Shown here one piece after another: positions 62,987-64,000 of a stretch of 64,000 nt of DNA (position 1 is its first letter; every line of letters begins with the position of its first letter). Both the position numbers and the translations under genes were made by a program. The notes beneath the pieces were generated by a model. That model ran no database searches and was not told the origin of the DNA. It was given only the letters and a program-made list of their open reading frames with translations. This stretch comes from Candidatus Pacearchaeota archaeon. GTDB taxonomy: Archaea; Nanobdellota; Nanobdellia; Pacearchaeales; GW2011-AR1. The DNA is taken from contig JAGVWX010000018.1 in NCBI GenBank assembly GCA_018304105.1, forward strand, positions 13,336 through 77,335, in the 5' to 3' direction.

Positions 62987-63783
62987 TTTTTACTCTCCTT
63001 AATTTTATTTTGTTCTTTACCTTCTTTGCTTAATTCATCGAGAGCTTTTTGGGTGTAGATTGTCAGCCTGCCGAGAGGATAAAAGTCTGCTATTGAGATT
63101 TCGCTGACTGGCTTGATATCGAAGCCGGAGAACTTTGCTTTTTCTTCGTTTCCTGTCAGGATTAAAACGCCAGCGTTTGATTTGTATTTTCTTCCTCTCA
63201 TCGAGCCTCTGCCGGCGCGGAGTTCTCTGTTTCTGAAAGCGAGGTTTGAGGTTTCTCCGAAGATATTTTGGATTAATTCCTTGAGAGATTTTGTTTTTTC
63301 TGGAAGTGATTCAATTATGAACGGAACGTGCTCGATTTTATCTAAACTTGAATATCTCTTTATGACTAGTTCTTTGTTTGCTGTTGCGGCTATTGCTGAA
63401 TTTATTGCAATCTGGATTTCTTTCTGGTTTATTTTCTTTTCTTTTCCTATGCCTTTTGGAGGATGAGACTGACGACCGCCTCTTGCTCCCGGAACGTTTG
63501 CGCCAACCCAAAAGAACTGGGTTCCCCGACGCCACATTGTTTTTCTTGGAATTCTTGAAATACCTTTTCCGTAATGTCCTTTCCAATCATGCCTTTGGTG
63601 GGAGATTGTTCCAGAAGCACTTTGCCTAAGGCCTGCGGTAATGAATGGCGAGTAAGGCTGAATGAATTTGTCTGCTTCGTAATATTTCTTGACAATGTCT
63701 TCTCTAACCCTGACTGAGAAAACTTTTGGCAATTCGACTTGAGATTTCTTCTCGCCTTTTGAAGAATAGAGTTGAGCTTTCAT
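62983..63783 (-). CDS. rpl4: Ribosomal protein uL4
   Basis: GKGISRIPRK...VPGARGGRQSHPPKGIGKEKKINQKEIQIAINSAIAAT. Confidence 0.88.
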   Translation of the reverse strand: MKAQLYSSKGEKKSQVELPKVFSVRVREDIVKKYYEADKFIQPYSPFITAGLRQSASGTISHQRHDWKGHYGKGISRIPRKTMWRRGTQFFWVGANVPGARGGRQSHPPKGIGKEKKINQKEIQIAINSAIAATANKELVIKRYSSLDKIEHVPFIIESLPEKTKSLKELIQNIFGETSNLAFRNRELRAGRGSMRGRKYKSNAGVLILTGNEEKAKFSGFDIKPVSEISIADFYPLGRLTIYTQKALDELSKEGKEQNKIKESKK

Positions 63784-64000
63784 AATCCTAACTCCTCAAA
63801 TATTCTATTCACACCATAACCAAAAATCGGTGCGGAGCAATGGCCGCCAGGCATTATACGGCCTTGGAAATTAAATCCTACCTTTTCTGAATCATAAACT
63901 CTTTGCTCGGGAGTTCCAGCAGCATTTCTACGTGCTAAATAGATTTGTCTTTCATCTGGAGAATTACCTACGAAAACCGTAATATCATTATCTGGCGTAA
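63780..64000 (-). CDS. 3' end of an unidentified gene upstream of rpl4 (5'-partial at the window edge); not uL3-like
   Basis: Hand translation gives ...TPDNDITVFVGNSPDERQIYLARRNAAGTPEQRVYDSEKVGFNFQGRIMPGGHCSAPIFGYGVNRIFEELGL*. The stop overlaps the rpl4 ATG (ATGA). Confidence 0.45.
   Translation of the reverse strand, partial: TPDNDITVFVGNSPDERQIYLARRNAAGTPEQRVYDSEKVGFNFQGRIMPGGHCSAPIFGYGVNRIFEELGL

Noticed and set aside
1-64000. Searched for a diversity-generating retroelement, an integrase or transposase, cas genes and a 5S rRNA.
   Set aside because: No ORF shows reverse-transcriptase (YxDD), tyrosine or serine recombinase, DDE transposase or Cas motifs. No ~120-nt GC-rich 5S-like segment was seen in the intergenic regions. 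A by-eye search could miss divergent members.

Overview
This is a low-GC archaeal chromosome segment. The gene content is archaea-specific: eL31, eL39, eS19, eS4, eL32, eL19, Cbf5, exosome Rrp4/41/42, proteasome alpha, SBDS and RpoK. The reduced, divergent rRNAs and many orphan membrane or secreted proteins suggest a DPANN-like lineage, which is inference.

Layout:
- 1-8.7 kb: a duplicated cluster of very large Cys-rich surface proteins, with a HEPN/MNT toxin-antitoxin pair wedged into it.
- 8.7-22 kb: housekeeping genes (TrmY, class II LysRS, histone-fold doublet, Hjc-like nuclease, Cbf5, VapBC, AlkD-like, eL31/eL39/eS19, YhbY, NFACT-R, a pilin-like protein).
- 22.2-23.1 kb: tRNA-Phe flanked by copies of its own ends, next to an RNase P RNA whose region the ORF track mis-reads as ORFs.
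- 25.5-29.3 kb: a 23S rRNA (minus strand) split by two ORF-less introns that share a repeated module.
- 30.8 kb: tRNA-Ala, followed by an HNH-like / SWIM / small-protein operon.
- 34.4-35.6 kb: a methyltransferase + wHTH cassette bracketed by ~45-bp direct repeats.
- 35.75-37.9 kb: an unlinked 16S rRNA (minus strand) with a ~675-nt intron in the decoding-centre sequence.
- 39-49 kb: uS2, enolase, RpoK, the exosome genes, SBDS and proteasome alpha.
- 49.9-64 kb: SecY (apparently frameshifted) and the S10/spc ribosomal protein cluster.

Most unusual observations:
1. The duplicated two-family surface module, which is fused into one reading frame in copy 1.
2. About a dozen small orphan ORFs wedged with overlapping or abutting start/stop codons inside conserved operons (ribosomal, exosome, eL39-eL31, eno-rpoK).
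3. The rRNA introns and their shared repeat.

All functional calls come from reading motifs by eye. No database search was run.
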